From Promethearchaeati archaeon (GTDB lineage: Archaea > Asgardarchaeota > Heimdallarchaeia > Heimdallarchaeales > Heimdallarchaeaceae), in NCBI GenBank assembly GCA_013166775.1, contig JABLTJ010000013.1:14916-78915 (forward strand): 64,000 nt of DNA, in the 5' to 3' direction. The notes beneath the pieces are model-generated. The model was not told the origin of the DNA and made no database searches. It worked only from the letters and a program-made list of their open reading frames with translations. Of the stretch, positions 29,575 through 40,295 are shown in pieces. Numbering within the stretch: the stretch's first letter is position 1; every line of letters starts with the position of its first letter. Position numbers and translations under genes: made by a program.

Positions 29575-30507
29575 ATGGATATTGGTTTATCGATTCCTAT
29601 AGTGATGTCAGCTGAAGAAAAGGAAGAATATGCTAGAACAGCAAAGGAAATAGGAATTGATAGTATTTGGATTGGTGATAATCCTCCAGTAAACAATGCT
29701 TTCCTTGATATTGGAAGATTATTTTCTAGTGTTAAAGATTTGAACTTCTGGACGGGAATAACGTCTCCTTTCTATTATTCAGTTGAAGTTTTATTTTCCC
29801 TAAGTGTCTGGTTTGCTCGAAATTATCCAGGAAGATTCGGTCTAGGTTTGGGAATCGGTAATATGGATATTATTGATGATGTGAGTATCAGAGCTCAACC
29901 TTTCAGCAACTTTAAGAAGGAAATTGATAGGTTATTACAAATAATTAGAGTAAGAGAAGAAAAACAGAATGAAGATGACTTTCCCCCTCTTGCTATAGGT
30001 GGATTAGGCAATAAAATGATGAATTTAGCATTCGAAACAGTAGATAATTTTCTCTTGAATAGCATATCAGTTTTTGATTTGGAAAGAACGATGATTCAAC
30101 TAGAGGATAGTCTTCTTAGTGGTCCTAAAGGAACGAATATCATCCCCTATGGAATGCTGCAAATCACAGACAAAACTGAAGATATGTCTCTTACACTTTG
30201 GAATATTGCTAAAGATATTGCCAAAAGCTGCTCAAAAACCATACTAAAATCTCATGGATACTCAGCTCAAATGGTACAAAAAATACGAGAATTACCTAGG
30301 GAGAGGCAGTATGAAGTCCCAAAAGGAGAGATTGTTCAAATAGTCAATGATTTTTCCATTATTGGTTCAAAGGAAGAAATAATTGAAAGATTGAAAACCT
30401 TCAAACAATACAGTGAAAACAAGAAAATTCAAGGAATCGTATTCGGTTGGATCTACTCAGAAAATCAATGGGATGAACTAAAAGAGATTGTTAGTTTTCT
30501 AAAATAA
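29575..30507 (+). CDS. LLM-class flavin/F420-dependent oxidoreductase (Mer-like, divergent)
   Basis: GIDSIWIGD, PGRFGLGLGIG, IGGLGNKM..LA, IIGS..EIIERL. Probable ATG at 29575. Confidence 0.7.
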   Translation: MDIGLSIPIVMSAEEKEEYARTAKEIGIDSIWIGDNPPVNNAFLDIGRLFSSVKDLNFWTGITSPFYYSVEVLFSLSVWFARNYPGRFGLGLGIGNMDIIDDVSIRAQPFSNFKKEIDRLLQIIRVREEKQNEDDFPPLAIGGLGNKMMNLAFETVDNFLLNSISVFDLERTMIQLEDSLLSGPKGTNIIPYGMLQITDKTEDMSLTLWNIAKDIAKSCSKTILKSHGYSAQMVQKIRELPRERQYEVPKGEIVQIVNDFSIIGSKEEIIERLKTFKQYSENKKIQGIVFGWIYSENQWDELKEIVSFLK

Positions 30508-30510
30508 CCA

Positions 30511-31311
30511 TTAATTATTCTTGAGGAAATCATATAAAAATTCAAGATTTTTCCAGATAAAGGTTGGTTTAAAATTTGATTCATAAGCATCTTTTTCATT
30601 TGAATCTCCTGTTAGAACTAAAGCACTATAGGTGCTTGCAATATTTGCCATTTGTATGTCTGTTTCTAATCTATCTCCTATGATTAAAACTTCTGATTTT
30701 TTGATATCTCTTCCTTTCATACTTAATTTAATCATGATATCGTTTGGTTTACCAAAAACCATATCAGGAGTTCGATTTGTAGCTTCTTTGAACATTTTCA
30801 AGAAAGATCCAACATCAGGAATCTTTCCATCATCAGTAGGACAGGTCTTATCGGCATGAGTAGCATAGAAAGGGATTCTTTTATCTCTCTGGAGTAATAG
30901 GGCTACTGTTTTTATTTTGTCATAGGTTAATGTTTTATCATACCCCAAAACAATAGCTTCAGGATTTTCAGAGTTTTGTTCTATTCCATTTCTTTTAAAT
31001 TCCTCTACCATCAGAGGTGCTCCTACAATGTAGCTAGAAGAAATGTTTTTTTTCTTGAGATATTCAATTGATGCTTGAATAGAAGTAAACAAATTGGAAT
31101 AATCAAGTTCAATATCTAATGTTTCCTCTAATCTTTGTTTGTTTTCTTCTGGTGAATAGGAAGAATTATTAGAAATTATAACAAAATCCATTTCTTTCTC
31201 TTTCAATAATTCAAGCACTTTTGTTGCATATAGTAATGGCTGTGAACCTAAAAGAAGCGTTCCATCAACATCGAAAATAAATAATTGGATTTTATTAAGA
31301 ATAACTTCCAA
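30511..31311 (-). CDS. HAD-IIA (NagD-like) hydrolase
   Basis: FDVDGTL, SNNS, GKP, IGDRLETDI, LVLTG. Confidence 0.92.
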   Translation of the reverse strand: MEVILNKIQLFIFDVDGTLLLGSQPLLYATKVLELLKEKEMDFVIISNNSSYSPEENKQRLEETLDIELDYSNLFTSIQASIEYLKKKNISSSYIVGAPLMVEEFKRNGIEQNSENPEAIVLGYDKTLTYDKIKTVALLLQRDKRIPFYATHADKTCPTDDGKIPDVGSFLKMFKEATNRTPDMVFGKPNDIMIKLSMKGRDIKKSEVLIIGDRLETDIQMANIASTYSALVLTGDSNEKDAYESNFKPTFIWKNLEFLYDFLKNN

Positions 31312-31329
31312 CTTAATAGCCTCTATAGA

Positions 31330-32820
31330 TTATTCTTTAGGAGTCTCCTGAATATCTTGCTCTTCATCAATCTTTGTTTCATGCAAATCCTTAGTTTCTT
31401 TTTCTCTTGAGAACAAGTTCTTGAAGAAAGCTTGTGTTCTCTTTGCTCCAGATACAGTAACTTCCTTTGTTTTATTATAAGCTGGAGTTAATCTTTCTTT
31501 TACTGTCGAAAATGCACTTACTTTTTGTTCTCTTTCTTTCAAGATTTTATTTGCTGTTCTTCTATTTCTCATTTCATCTGCAAAGACAGTCTTTTCTATT
31601 TCATCAAGTGTTGCTAAGATTTGTTCAATTTTTTCAGTGCTCAACTCTTCTCCTAATGGCAGTTTAACTAATCCCAATGGACTTAATTCAAACACTGGAA
31701 AATTACCCTCTAAGAGCGCTAATTTGAGAGTACCTTTCAACTTAATACTTGACTTCAGATGTATATCTTTCTCTTTTATTGTCATTAATTTAAGATTAAA
31801 TACATCACCTTTTGATTTTATCAACTTGTAGGTTTCGTGAATATCTTCACCCTCAGAATCAGCTATAGTTCTTATGGCATTTATCCATGAAATCTTTTTT
31901 TCAAATAAAACCAATCTTTCTTGTAGTCCTTCCTTTATTGAAAATAAAGACGTCTTGTTTATTTCAAATTGTTGTTGAAGTTCTTTGAATTTCTTTGAGA
32001 ACTCTTTGGTTATACCCCTTCTTGGTAGACTAACTCTGAGATTGTTCATTTCTTCTAGTTTTAATCCAGCTTTTGATGCATAATTATCAGTTTTAAGTAT
32101 CTGTTCACTTGATTTGTCAATCTCAAATTCATTTGAAACAACATTTCCTTCCTCAACTAGTTTTTCAGCTTCTTCTGCTAGAATCTGCATTCTACATGTT
32201 CGAAGAATTAATTCATACTCACCAAGTTCATTTTCCACTTCTTCGAGTTTCTCATTCAAATACCCATAAAATTCTGATACATCAAAAGAACCTGAAGAAA
32301 GTTTTTGGTATTCATCCCTGAGAGCACCAAGTTTTCCTACAATTTCTGAAATAGTTTCCTCGTAAGCTTGGCTTTTTGCTAGAATTTCATCTAGAGATAA
32401 TCCTTTCAAGAAAGAAAGCTTACTTCGTATTTCTTTCTTTATTGTTGGAATTGTCTCCTCTATGTGTTTCTTTCTTTTAGACATAAGAATAGTATCTAAT
32501 CTTTGAGAATCTCCCTGTAATCTGCTTTCAGCTGTTTCTAAATCTGAAAATAGATTGAAAACCAGTTTGTTTAGAAGATAGTCATTGAAATACTTTGTAG
32601 CTATTTTTTCAGCTTCTCGAACAAGAGGAATAACTTTAACTAGATGTTCATTGATTCTGATGTAATGATAATTTATCTCCTCAAAAGTATAGAGAGTACT
32701 GTTTTTTAACATCTCTCCAGTAGTTTGAAGATCATGGTTAACAGTTTTTAATAATACATCAGCTTCAGATTTGACTTCTTTAACCTTCTTAGGAAGAGGA
32801 CGAAGTGTTCCGGGTATCAT
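31330..32820 (-). CDS. hypothetical coiled-coil/helical protein
   Basis: 496-aa Glu/Lys-rich ORF directly downstream of rad50 on the same strand. Confidence 0.65.
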   Translation of the reverse strand: MIPGTLRPLPKKVKEVKSEADVLLKTVNHDLQTTGEMLKNSTLYTFEEINYHYIRINEHLVKVIPLVREAEKIATKYFNDYLLNKLVFNLFSDLETAESRLQGDSQRLDTILMSKRKKHIEETIPTIKKEIRSKLSFLKGLSLDEILAKSQAYEETISEIVGKLGALRDEYQKLSSGSFDVSEFYGYLNEKLEEVENELGEYELILRTCRMQILAEEAEKLVEEGNVVSNEFEIDKSSEQILKTDNYASKAGLKLEEMNNLRVSLPRRGITKEFSKKFKELQQQFEINKTSLFSIKEGLQERLVLFEKKISWINAIRTIADSEGEDIHETYKLIKSKGDVFNLKLMTIKEKDIHLKSSIKLKGTLKLALLEGNFPVFELSPLGLVKLPLGEELSTEKIEQILATLDEIEKTVFADEMRNRRTANKILKEREQKVSAFSTVKERLTPAYNKTKEVTVSGAKRTQAFFKNLFSREKETKDLHETKIDEEQDIQETPKE

Positions 32821-32874
32821 GAACTATAGATAAACCAGCCGAGTAATAAATATTATTGAGAAGGAAAAAATAAA

Positions 32875-35007
32875 CTATCCTTCCGATTCTTCCTCTATTT
32901 CAGTTGTAGAAGGATAATAGTTAGCAACACTACCAGTTTTTGTTGACTGGATTGTAATTAGCGGAGCTCTAAATCTTCTTCTTATATTTGTGTGAGTAAT
33001 AAGAAATATCTGGGAGAATTTCTTTTCAGCTATCAACCCTTCTATCACTTTATCTCTTCTTTCTTCATCTAAAGATCCAAGAGGTTCATCTAGAACAAGA
33101 ACATCCATTTTGGGAGGTTGATAGGGAGATGTTTTCAGAGGTCTTATCCGTTTGAGAAGATCGCTTATACCGATTCTTAAACCCAAACCTATTGCAGCTT
33201 TGTCTCCACCTGAAAGCAGATTCTGACTCTTAACAAAACCAGATTCTTCATCCTTTATGCTCATAACTAGAGTTTTTTGTCTTGTAGGTTCAAGGTAAAG
33301 TTCCGAATATCTACCTCTTGTAAACAAAAAGATATATGCACTTGTAGATCGTTGGATATTAGCTAGCATCTTATTTGAGATTAAATCTTCTGCAATAAAT
33401 CCTTCAACATATTTCTGAACTGATTGTATCAAAGCTATCTGATAATTTATTTTTTCTATTTCCTCTTCCTTCGCTTTATTCTCCTTAATTTGCTTTTTTA
33501 ATTGAGAATTCCTTTCATGTTTCTCTTTTATGCTAACAATTTTATTCTTTTTATCTTGTTCCTTAGAAATTTTATTTTGACTTGTTTGATTAACTTGATC
33601 GTAGAGCTCTTCAAAAGAAGACAAGTTGTAGTTTTTAGCTAATTCTTCTGTTGATTTAGCTTTAAATCCTTTCAATGCATCAAGTATACTCTTTTCCAAA
33701 TCCTTCTTTGATTTTTCAATTCCGTTAAGCTCAGTTAAGTCCTCTTTTATATTTTCCACTTGATTCTTATTTTGAATTGTTTCTTTATTTTCTTGTTCAA
33801 TCTTCTTGATTTCCTCTTCTTTTTCCTTTATTTCATCAGATTTCTTTGAAATTCCTTTTGTTAAAATAGGTATATTTTGTCTTGATAATTCCAGTAACTC
33901 TTTCAGTTTAGCTTCATTAATTTCTTGTTCACACACTTCACATGTAGGATCCTTATTTTCCTCTAATGATGCACTTTCGAGACTTTTCCTTCTGTTTGAA
34001 AAAGTTTCTAACTCAAGTTCCAAATTGATTCTTTCTTCACGTAAAGAGTTTATTGACTCTCTAATCTGCTCTTGACTCTTATTCAAGCTAACAATTTTTT
34101 TGTCAAATTCCCCAATTTTCGATTCTACTTCTTTATCTGATATTGGGAGAGTTAGATCATATTTTTTAGATAACTGTTCAATTGAACGTATTTTAGATAA
34201 AATAATATTCTCAATGGATAGAACTTGATTAGATAATCCATCAATATCCTTCAAATCTTTCAATTCTGGCAGTTTTTGGAGAGTATTTTCTAATTCATCT
34301 ATTGCTTTCTCTATTGCTTTTACATTTCTTTTGGTAACTTCAATAGATTCAGTTATTTCTTCTAATTCTTTCTGAATATCCTCTGTTTCTCTAACTATTC
34401 TTTTCTTTTCTTTTTCTTCTTCAAGAACCGATTTTCGTTTCTTCACTACCTCAATAGCTTTGTCTCTGTAGTAATCGAGTTGAAAAAGCTCATAAACTAT
34501 ATCTCTTAATTCTGCTCCTTTTGCTTCTGCTAGAGCTTGAACAGAACCTTGACGAACTACAAGTGTATTTAGAATCTTCTCTTTGTTGATGTTAAGCAGA
34601 GATGTAATTTTCTTTTCTACATCAGGTACACCTTCGCTAAGAAGCTTCTGATTGGTTGATAAACCAACTAGAGCTTTATCTCTATCGATTTCCATTAAAC
34701 TTGCTAAAACAGGCTTTTTCTTCCCGTGTTCCCTTTTAATCAAATAGCATTTGTTATCAAGTTCAAATGCAACTTCAACATCAGTTTCTGATTGACCTCG
34801 TTTGATCAAATCCTCTTTATTTCCTAATTCTTTTGTAGTTGTAGGATCATAGAATAATGCATAGAAGATTGCGTCAAATAAGCTTGATTTTCCTGTTGAG
34901 TTTTCACCCTCTACAAAAAGAAGTCCTTCTGGAAAAATCCCTTGTTTAGGGATTTGAACCTCACTATAGCATTTGAAATTTTTAGCAGAAATCCACAATA
35001 TTCTCAT
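32875..35007 (-). CDS. rad50: Rad50/SbcC SMC-like ATPase
   Basis: Walker A GENSTGKSS, Q-loop VRQG, central zinc hook CEVC within coiled coil, LSGGDK signature, LDEP, SLD, ITH. Confidence 0.9.
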   Translation of the reverse strand: MRILWISAKNFKCYSEVQIPKQGIFPEGLLFVEGENSTGKSSLFDAIFYALFYDPTTTKELGNKEDLIKRGQSETDVEVAFELDNKCYLIKREHGKKKPVLASLMEIDRDKALVGLSTNQKLLSEGVPDVEKKITSLLNINKEKILNTLVVRQGSVQALAEAKGAELRDIVYELFQLDYYRDKAIEVVKKRKSVLEEEKEKKRIVRETEDIQKELEEITESIEVTKRNVKAIEKAIDELENTLQKLPELKDLKDIDGLSNQVLSIENIILSKIRSIEQLSKKYDLTLPISDKEVESKIGEFDKKIVSLNKSQEQIRESINSLREERINLELELETFSNRRKSLESASLEENKDPTCEVCEQEINEAKLKELLELSRQNIPILTKGISKKSDEIKEKEEEIKKIEQENKETIQNKNQVENIKEDLTELNGIEKSKKDLEKSILDALKGFKAKSTEELAKNYNLSSFEELYDQVNQTSQNKISKEQDKKNKIVSIKEKHERNSQLKKQIKENKAKEEEIEKINYQIALIQSVQKYVEGFIAEDLISNKMLANIQRSTSAYIFLFTRGRYSELYLEPTRQKTLVMSIKDEESGFVKSQNLLSGGDKAAIGLGLRIGISDLLKRIRPLKTSPYQPPKMDVLVLDEPLGSLDEERRDKVIEGLIAEKKFSQIFLITHTNIRRRFRAPLITIQSTKTGSVANYYPSTTEIEEESEG

Positions 35008-35017
35008 ATTAATCCCC

Positions 35018-36292
35018 TCACTCCTCTTCCTCCTCCTGAGTGGATTCTATAGGTCCTGAAAATACTTCGTCAATTATCTGTGCTCCCATGTCAATGAAAA
35101 TTCTTGCTTGATCTTCATTTTCTAATCCTAGAGATCTTATGTACCGTTCGAAATCATCGACTGGGTCATCGATTAGATATTCGTGAATCTTAGCCCCTTT
35201 CTCATGACTTATTGGTGCTCTTTTCGATAGGTCATAAGAATCCCATCTAAATTCTAGTATATTATATGCATCTGTAAATACCTCTTGTTGGATTTCTAAA
35301 AGAATATCTTCCATACTCCACCAATTAGATAGGAGAACTGAACCATCAATTTTAATTTTAAACCGAGTAGCTGATTCACCTGCAAACTTCTCTTTATAAG
35401 CTTTAATTTTTTCTCGGATGATTTCTTCAAAATCACTAGGATTAGTTTGTGTAGTGAGGGTAATATTCGTTTGATGCATTTTTCTTTTTGTTTCAATTTT
35501 TCTAGGTGTTACCTTAGGAACCTCACCTTTCTGTACTTCGACTTCCAAAACACCTTTTGTATGTCCCCTTTCAGCAAAAGTGTGTTTTTCAGTACTACCA
35601 CTTTGCCATGCGTTCGTTTTTGTACTTCCTTGTTTATGATCATGTCCGAGTGCTACATAGTCATAAGAAAAATCAAAAAGTAGACTATGTAAATCCTCCC
35701 CTCTTTGCATTCCATGAGCAACAGCAATAGATATTTTGGAAGAATCAGGTTGTTGATTGTTTCTTAGCCATTCTTCATAGCTTTTCTCTATGTGTGGAGC
35801 TCTACCAAATTTGAAATAAGGGAAAAGAAAGAAAACAACTTCATCAAATTCAAGTTTGAGAGGTTTGTTATCCAAAATTGCTTTTTTTAGTTGATAATTT
35901 GTAAATGTATAAACATTCCCTGGAAAAGCTGCTTGAATGAATTCAATTGTACTATAATTTCTTGTGAGATATGACCCATGATTACCATCAATTATTATAA
36001 CTGGTACTTTGTATTTTGTTTTCTCAAAGAAGTTTTTCAATTCTTTTATTACATAAGTTCGGGAATATTCTGTTGGTCCTGCTAGATATCTACCAACAGG
36101 AATATCAAATAAATCACCAGAATGTACAACATAATCATAATCAGTTTCTGCTGCAATTTCCAGTGTTTTTTTGAAACCCAAACAATAGTCTTCTTCTATC
36201 CAAGTTACTCTATTACTGATCTTCCATGCATCTCGTACATCTCTGAATCGACGGTGTGATACATGAGTATCTGAAAAATGAAGTATTTTCAT
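35018..36292 (-). CDS. mre11: Mre11/SbcD nuclease
   Basis: Calcineurin-like motifs SDTH, GDLFD, GNH, AHG, ALGHDH; adjacent to rad50. Confidence 0.88.
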   Translation of the reverse strand: MKILHFSDTHVSHRRFRDVRDAWKISNRVTWIEEDYCLGFKKTLEIAAETDYDYVVHSGDLFDIPVGRYLAGPTEYSRTYVIKELKNFFEKTKYKVPVIIIDGNHGSYLTRNYSTIEFIQAAFPGNVYTFTNYQLKKAILDNKPLKLEFDEVVFFLFPYFKFGRAPHIEKSYEEWLRNNQQPDSSKISIAVAHGMQRGEDLHSLLFDFSYDYVALGHDHKQGSTKTNAWQSGSTEKHTFAERGHTKGVLEVEVQKGEVPKVTPRKIETKRKMHQTNITLTTQTNPSDFEEIIREKIKAYKEKFAGESATRFKIKIDGSVLLSNWWSMEDILLEIQQEVFTDAYNILEFRWDSYDLSKRAPISHEKGAKIHEYLIDDPVDDFERYIRSLGLENEDQARIFIDMGAQIIDEVFSGPIESTQEEEEE

Positions 36293-36305
36293 TATTTTTT
36301 CACCA

Positions 36306-38123
36306 TTACATTATCGGGACTTCAGTTGATTTTCTTTTTGATTTCTCTAATTCTAAAACTTTGTGCGGATCCTTAAAGAAAGGTAATTGTTGCTCGATAT
36401 AAAAAGGAACATTACTAACCTTTACTGGAAGAGGGATATTTTTGAGAGAGTTTGTTAGTATTGCTTCTCCTCGGCCCAGAACTTTGAATTCGTTTTCATA
36501 TCCCATAATATTATTACTTGCATTAGTTATAGCTTGCCTGATTTCGATTTCATTACCAAGCATCATATTCAACTCAGTATTTGTATTCGCTAAAATTATG
36601 GGTTCCATTGAAGAGATATTTTGAGTTATGAGTAACAAACCTATCCTAAATTTTCTTCCTTGGCGTGAAATGTCAATGAAAATATTGCCTTCTTTGGACA
36701 TTTGAGCTCCTAAAATACTTGGTGCTTCCTCAACAGTAACCATAACAATAGGTAGTTCCTTTATTGATTTCATCATGAAATCATCAGTACCAACTTTCTC
36801 GTTTGTATAGATATCTTGAATTGAGTATTTAGAATTGGGAGACTCACCTAAAAGTTCACTTGCTATTTCTTTTGGAAGTTTGTTTTTAACTTGTTCTTTG
36901 AATTGTTTCCACTTTGTAGATGACATTAGAGCTTGACGGAGTGAAAACAGTGTTCGAGCAACCATTGTTATGACAACAAACTGCTCTGTAGACGATAATA
37001 AAGCAGTACTAAAATTATAGAAATGACCTTGTTCTAAATTGTAGATTATTTCTGCTAAATCACTGTAATTATCCTTTGTGAAAATTGTTGATCTAATAAT
37101 GGGATATAATCGTCTCCTGACTGCACTAACTGTTCCTTTAGCAAAACCATAAGTTTCGTCTTCTGGAGCTGTTTCAATAGTGGTAACCCAATCATCTTGT
37201 TTACCTCGAGTAACACTCATATATCCGAGCATTTGATCTGAAACAGACATAACAGAAGTGATATCACTTATGGCTAGATCTTGTCTTCTGAATCGTAGAG
37301 GTTTAGATATTTTTTGCATTTCTTTTGAAATAGCAGATAAATCCCTTGTAAGATAGAATTTATCCCCAAAAAGAGCATCAAAATGTTTTTGATCTCCTTT
37401 AAGTGTAGCATTAGCTATATCTAAAACACCTTTAGTTTTATTTTCGAAAGTTAAACCTTTCATATACTCATCATGTACATCCACCATGAAGACTGAAAGT
37501 CTTTCATTTAAAGGAGCATTGCTCAATAATTTAGTAAGATTATTTCTCAGAGCTGATGTAATGAATGTCAGCATAAAGAATGATTTTCCAGCTCCAGTAG
37601 TTCCAGCTACTTGAAGATGCATTGGGAGTGATTCCAGATCAATTTTTATTGGTATATCCATTGTTGATGTACCAATCAGCAATTTTCCTATCTCAATATC
37701 AGTTCCTACCTCTTCTTGTAATAGACTGCTTAGAGCTCCTGGACTTTCTGCACCTCTATAAACCTCAGAGAAATGTGGGGGAAGTGTTCGTGGTTTCTTG
37801 AAAATCCATTTTCCTTTCTTCGCGTCAAATTCACTGTAACCCATGAGCAATCCATGAACTTTGACTAACTTTTCTGATTCAACTCTTGCAATGTAAGCTT
37901 CTCTGTTTCTTAGAAAATTCGCTGCAATTTCTCCCATATCTCGGATGTTTCTGAGAATGTTTTCATAATTCATAACACGAAACAGGAAGACTTGAGTTCC
38001 TTTAGGGGGTTTAATTACTAGTATTTCTCCAATTTGGAATCGAATATCTGTACATACAACTGTTAAAGTTGATATATCTCCTTCTGCTAGTATGCCAATT
38101 GGTTCTGCTAACTCTAATTTCAT
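36306..38123 (-). CDS. herA: HerA helicase/translocase
   Basis: N-terminal HAS-barrel-like region, GTTGAGKS, DVHDEY, VEEA, RQGRKFRIGLLLITQ. Confidence 0.88.
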   Translation of the reverse strand: MKLELAEPIGILAEGDISTLTVVCTDIRFQIGEILVIKPPKGTQVFLFRVMNYENILRNIRDMGEIAANFLRNREAYIARVESEKLVKVHGLLMGYSEFDAKKGKWIFKKPRTLPPHFSEVYRGAESPGALSSLLQEEVGTDIEIGKLLIGTSTMDIPIKIDLESLPMHLQVAGTTGAGKSFFMLTFITSALRNNLTKLLSNAPLNERLSVFMVDVHDEYMKGLTFENKTKGVLDIANATLKGDQKHFDALFGDKFYLTRDLSAISKEMQKISKPLRFRRQDLAISDITSVMSVSDQMLGYMSVTRGKQDDWVTTIETAPEDETYGFAKGTVSAVRRRLYPIIRSTIFTKDNYSDLAEIIYNLEQGHFYNFSTALLSSTEQFVVITMVARTLFSLRQALMSSTKWKQFKEQVKNKLPKEIASELLGESPNSKYSIQDIYTNEKVGTDDFMMKSIKELPIVMVTVEEAPSILGAQMSKEGNIFIDISRQGRKFRIGLLLITQNISSMEPIILANTNTELNMMLGNEIEIRQAITNASNNIMGYENEFKVLGRGEAILTNSLKNIPLPVKVSNVPFYIEQQLPFFKDPHKVLELEKSKRKSTEVPIM

Positions 38124-38133
38124 TTTTTCACCT

Positions 38134-39477
38134 TTATAATAATCCTAATCTTTTTCTTGGATGAATAAACATCTTTGGATTTTCACCTTGTTCTGCGAAA
38201 TAGTCTATTAACTGGTCTGCTACCACATCTCTTTCAGAGAATTTAACTAATGTGGTATGATGGGCAAAAGCTAAATCGAAGAAATAGCCATAATACCTAA
38301 CATCTCTTGCTAACCAATCAATTTCTTGAAACATTTTCAATTCATTTTCTCTTTCTTTCTTTTTATCAGATGATCTAATCTTCTCCTTCCACCACTTTTC
38401 ATCAATATCAATTCTCAATATAGGAACCTCAGATGAGAAATGAAAAAGGTACGTAACACCATAAGCTGGAGGGATATGCGGTCGATCTTTGAGTATGTTA
38501 AGAGTTTTACTTTCACGTGGAGGTGTTGGAACTCTTACAAACCATTTTTTCTCTGAACCTAAGCTCTTTTCTAAATCTTGAGCTATTCTGTAAATAAAAG
38601 GAAAGGTTGTAGTTTTGCTTACTGCAACAACACAAGTTTCTTTTTCAATTGCTTTTAAACATAAATCCCTTAATAAGTAGTTAGAAGCTAATCTTGGTTG
38701 CTTTTGTTTAGGGGACAGGAGCATATTCATTGAGCCATCTAAGAAGAGATATTTGAGCTTCAAATCAGATTTTAATAGAGCATTGGCTAATGAATATTCG
38801 AGAATTTCACGAAATTGGTCATACCATCCTCTAGGAGCATTAGATCCAGGAGAAACCATCCATGAAGAAAAATCCTCAATATCATCTCTGTATAACCTCA
38901 GATTTAGCTGCTTAGCTGTCATAACAATCTTCGTTTTAGTATCTAATTTTGGAACAGGATCATTCGGACGTTTCAGTTTGAATGCCTCTGCAACAATATT
39001 TCCTAAAACTCGAATAACAACATCCAGTAGTTTTTCCCCATAATTGTAATTTATGTAAGTTAGAAAATCATCCCAAACTTCATCTGAATTATCTTCTCGT
39101 AACAATACCAATCTTAGAATTCCTTCAGGGGATGTACAAATGGGGGGAAGTATATCAAGCTGTTTTGTTGTTCCTTTATTAAAAACAGTTTGATCAGCAG
39201 CAAATGCAGCAGTCATGAGATGAATGGATATATCGTTTAGGGACACTAGACTGTCAGCACCAGAACCATCAATCGCTGCAATATTGAAATTTTCATTCTC
39301 AAAAATTGATGGATATGGTTCAAATATTTGCAGTTTTGATGTGAGATATTTGAGATCTTCTTGATACGCTTCATCAGATTTTTGTTCTATCAACTTGAAT
39401 TTTGAATATACTTTCGCGAACTCTTTCTCTAGGGATTTATCGAAAAAAACTTGCATTGAAGAGACTCCTCCTATCAA
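38134..39477 (-). CDS. nurA: NurA nuclease
   Basis: AAIDGS, FLDGS, VSKT, GY...AH motifs; upstream of herA. Confidence 0.82.
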   Translation of the reverse strand: MIGGVSSMQVFFDKSLEKEFAKVYSKFKLIEQKSDEAYQEDLKYLTSKLQIFEPYPSIFENENFNIAAIDGSGADSLVSLNDISIHLMTAAFAADQTVFNKGTTKQLDILPPICTSPEGILRLVLLREDNSDEVWDDFLTYINYNYGEKLLDVVIRVLGNIVAEAFKLKRPNDPVPKLDTKTKIVMTAKQLNLRLYRDDIEDFSSWMVSPGSNAPRGWYDQFREILEYSLANALLKSDLKLKYLFLDGSMNMLLSPKQKQPRLASNYLLRDLCLKAIEKETCVVAVSKTTTFPFIYRIAQDLEKSLGSEKKWFVRVPTPPRESKTLNILKDRPHIPPAYGVTYLFHFSSEVPILRIDIDEKWWKEKIRSSDKKKERENELKMFQEIDWLARDVRYYGYFFDLAFAHHTTLVKFSERDVVADQLIDYFAEQGENPKMFIHPRKRLGLL

Positions 39478-39614
39478 TTGTGATTTTGTATTATTAAAAT
39501 ATTTTTGGGGAGTACACTAAAAGTGTTATAAGTATGAAACTGAAAATTATGCTTCAAAAGCATTTTTTTTCTCCATTTCGAGAACATATTTATAAATAGA
39601 CGATGTTGTAAATA

Positions 39615-40235
39615 TTGATAGGGAAAAATAAATTGAAAAGTCTTAAGGAGATTAGACGATACCTGAATATGGTTGAGGGAGAAAATATTCTACGTAGATA
39701 TTTTGTTATGAATGGTTTTGATGGAGCCTTAACTGCTTTTGGAATAATACTAGGTACATGGATAGCACAAAATTATAGTGATCCTAAAACCTTAATCTTT
39801 GCTGGAATAGGTGCAAGTTTTGCAATGGGAGTTTCAGGATTTACAATTGCCTACCTTACTGAAAAAGCTGAAAGAGTAAGAGAAATTAAAGAATTAGAAG
39901 AACAGATGGTTGCTGATTTAAATGACACTGCAATAACTAAAGCTAGTTTCTGGACTTCATTAGTTGTATCATTTGTTGATGGTCTTTCACCCTTTCTATT
40001 CTCACTTGCTGCAATGATACCTTTCTTCTTTGTCTATATAGGTCTGCCAATGCTCACAGCGTACATTATCTCAACAGTAATAGTAACCGTTGAGGTGATA
40101 GTTCTTGGACTATTCTTAGGAGCAGTTTCCAAAGAAAACAAAATTATGTATGCCTTAAAGATTCTCCCAGCTGCTCTGCTAGTAGCAGGTTTGACTTATC
40201 TTCTTGAACTCATCTCCAGGATAGGTGGGGGATAG
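39615..40235 (+). CDS. VIT1/CCC1-family membrane protein
   Basis: RRYFVMNGFDG, AMGVSG...EKAER..ELE. Confidence 0.82.
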   Translation: MIGKNKLKSLKEIRRYLNMVEGENILRRYFVMNGFDGALTAFGIILGTWIAQNYSDPKTLIFAGIGASFAMGVSGFTIAYLTEKAERVREIKELEEQMVADLNDTAITKASFWTSLVVSFVDGLSPFLFSLAAMIPFFFVYIGLPMLTAYIISTVIVTVEVIVLGLFLGAVSKENKIMYALKILPAALLVAGLTYLLELISRIGGG

Positions 40236-40295
40236 AATTCAATCCTTCCTCTTTTTAGGGTAAAACTAAATAATGGATAATTTTACAGTAGGTTA

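Noticed and set aside
36306-39477. HerA plus nuclease as an anti-phage system
   Set aside because: Tight linkage to mre11/rad50 fits the housekeeping DNA end-resection module better.
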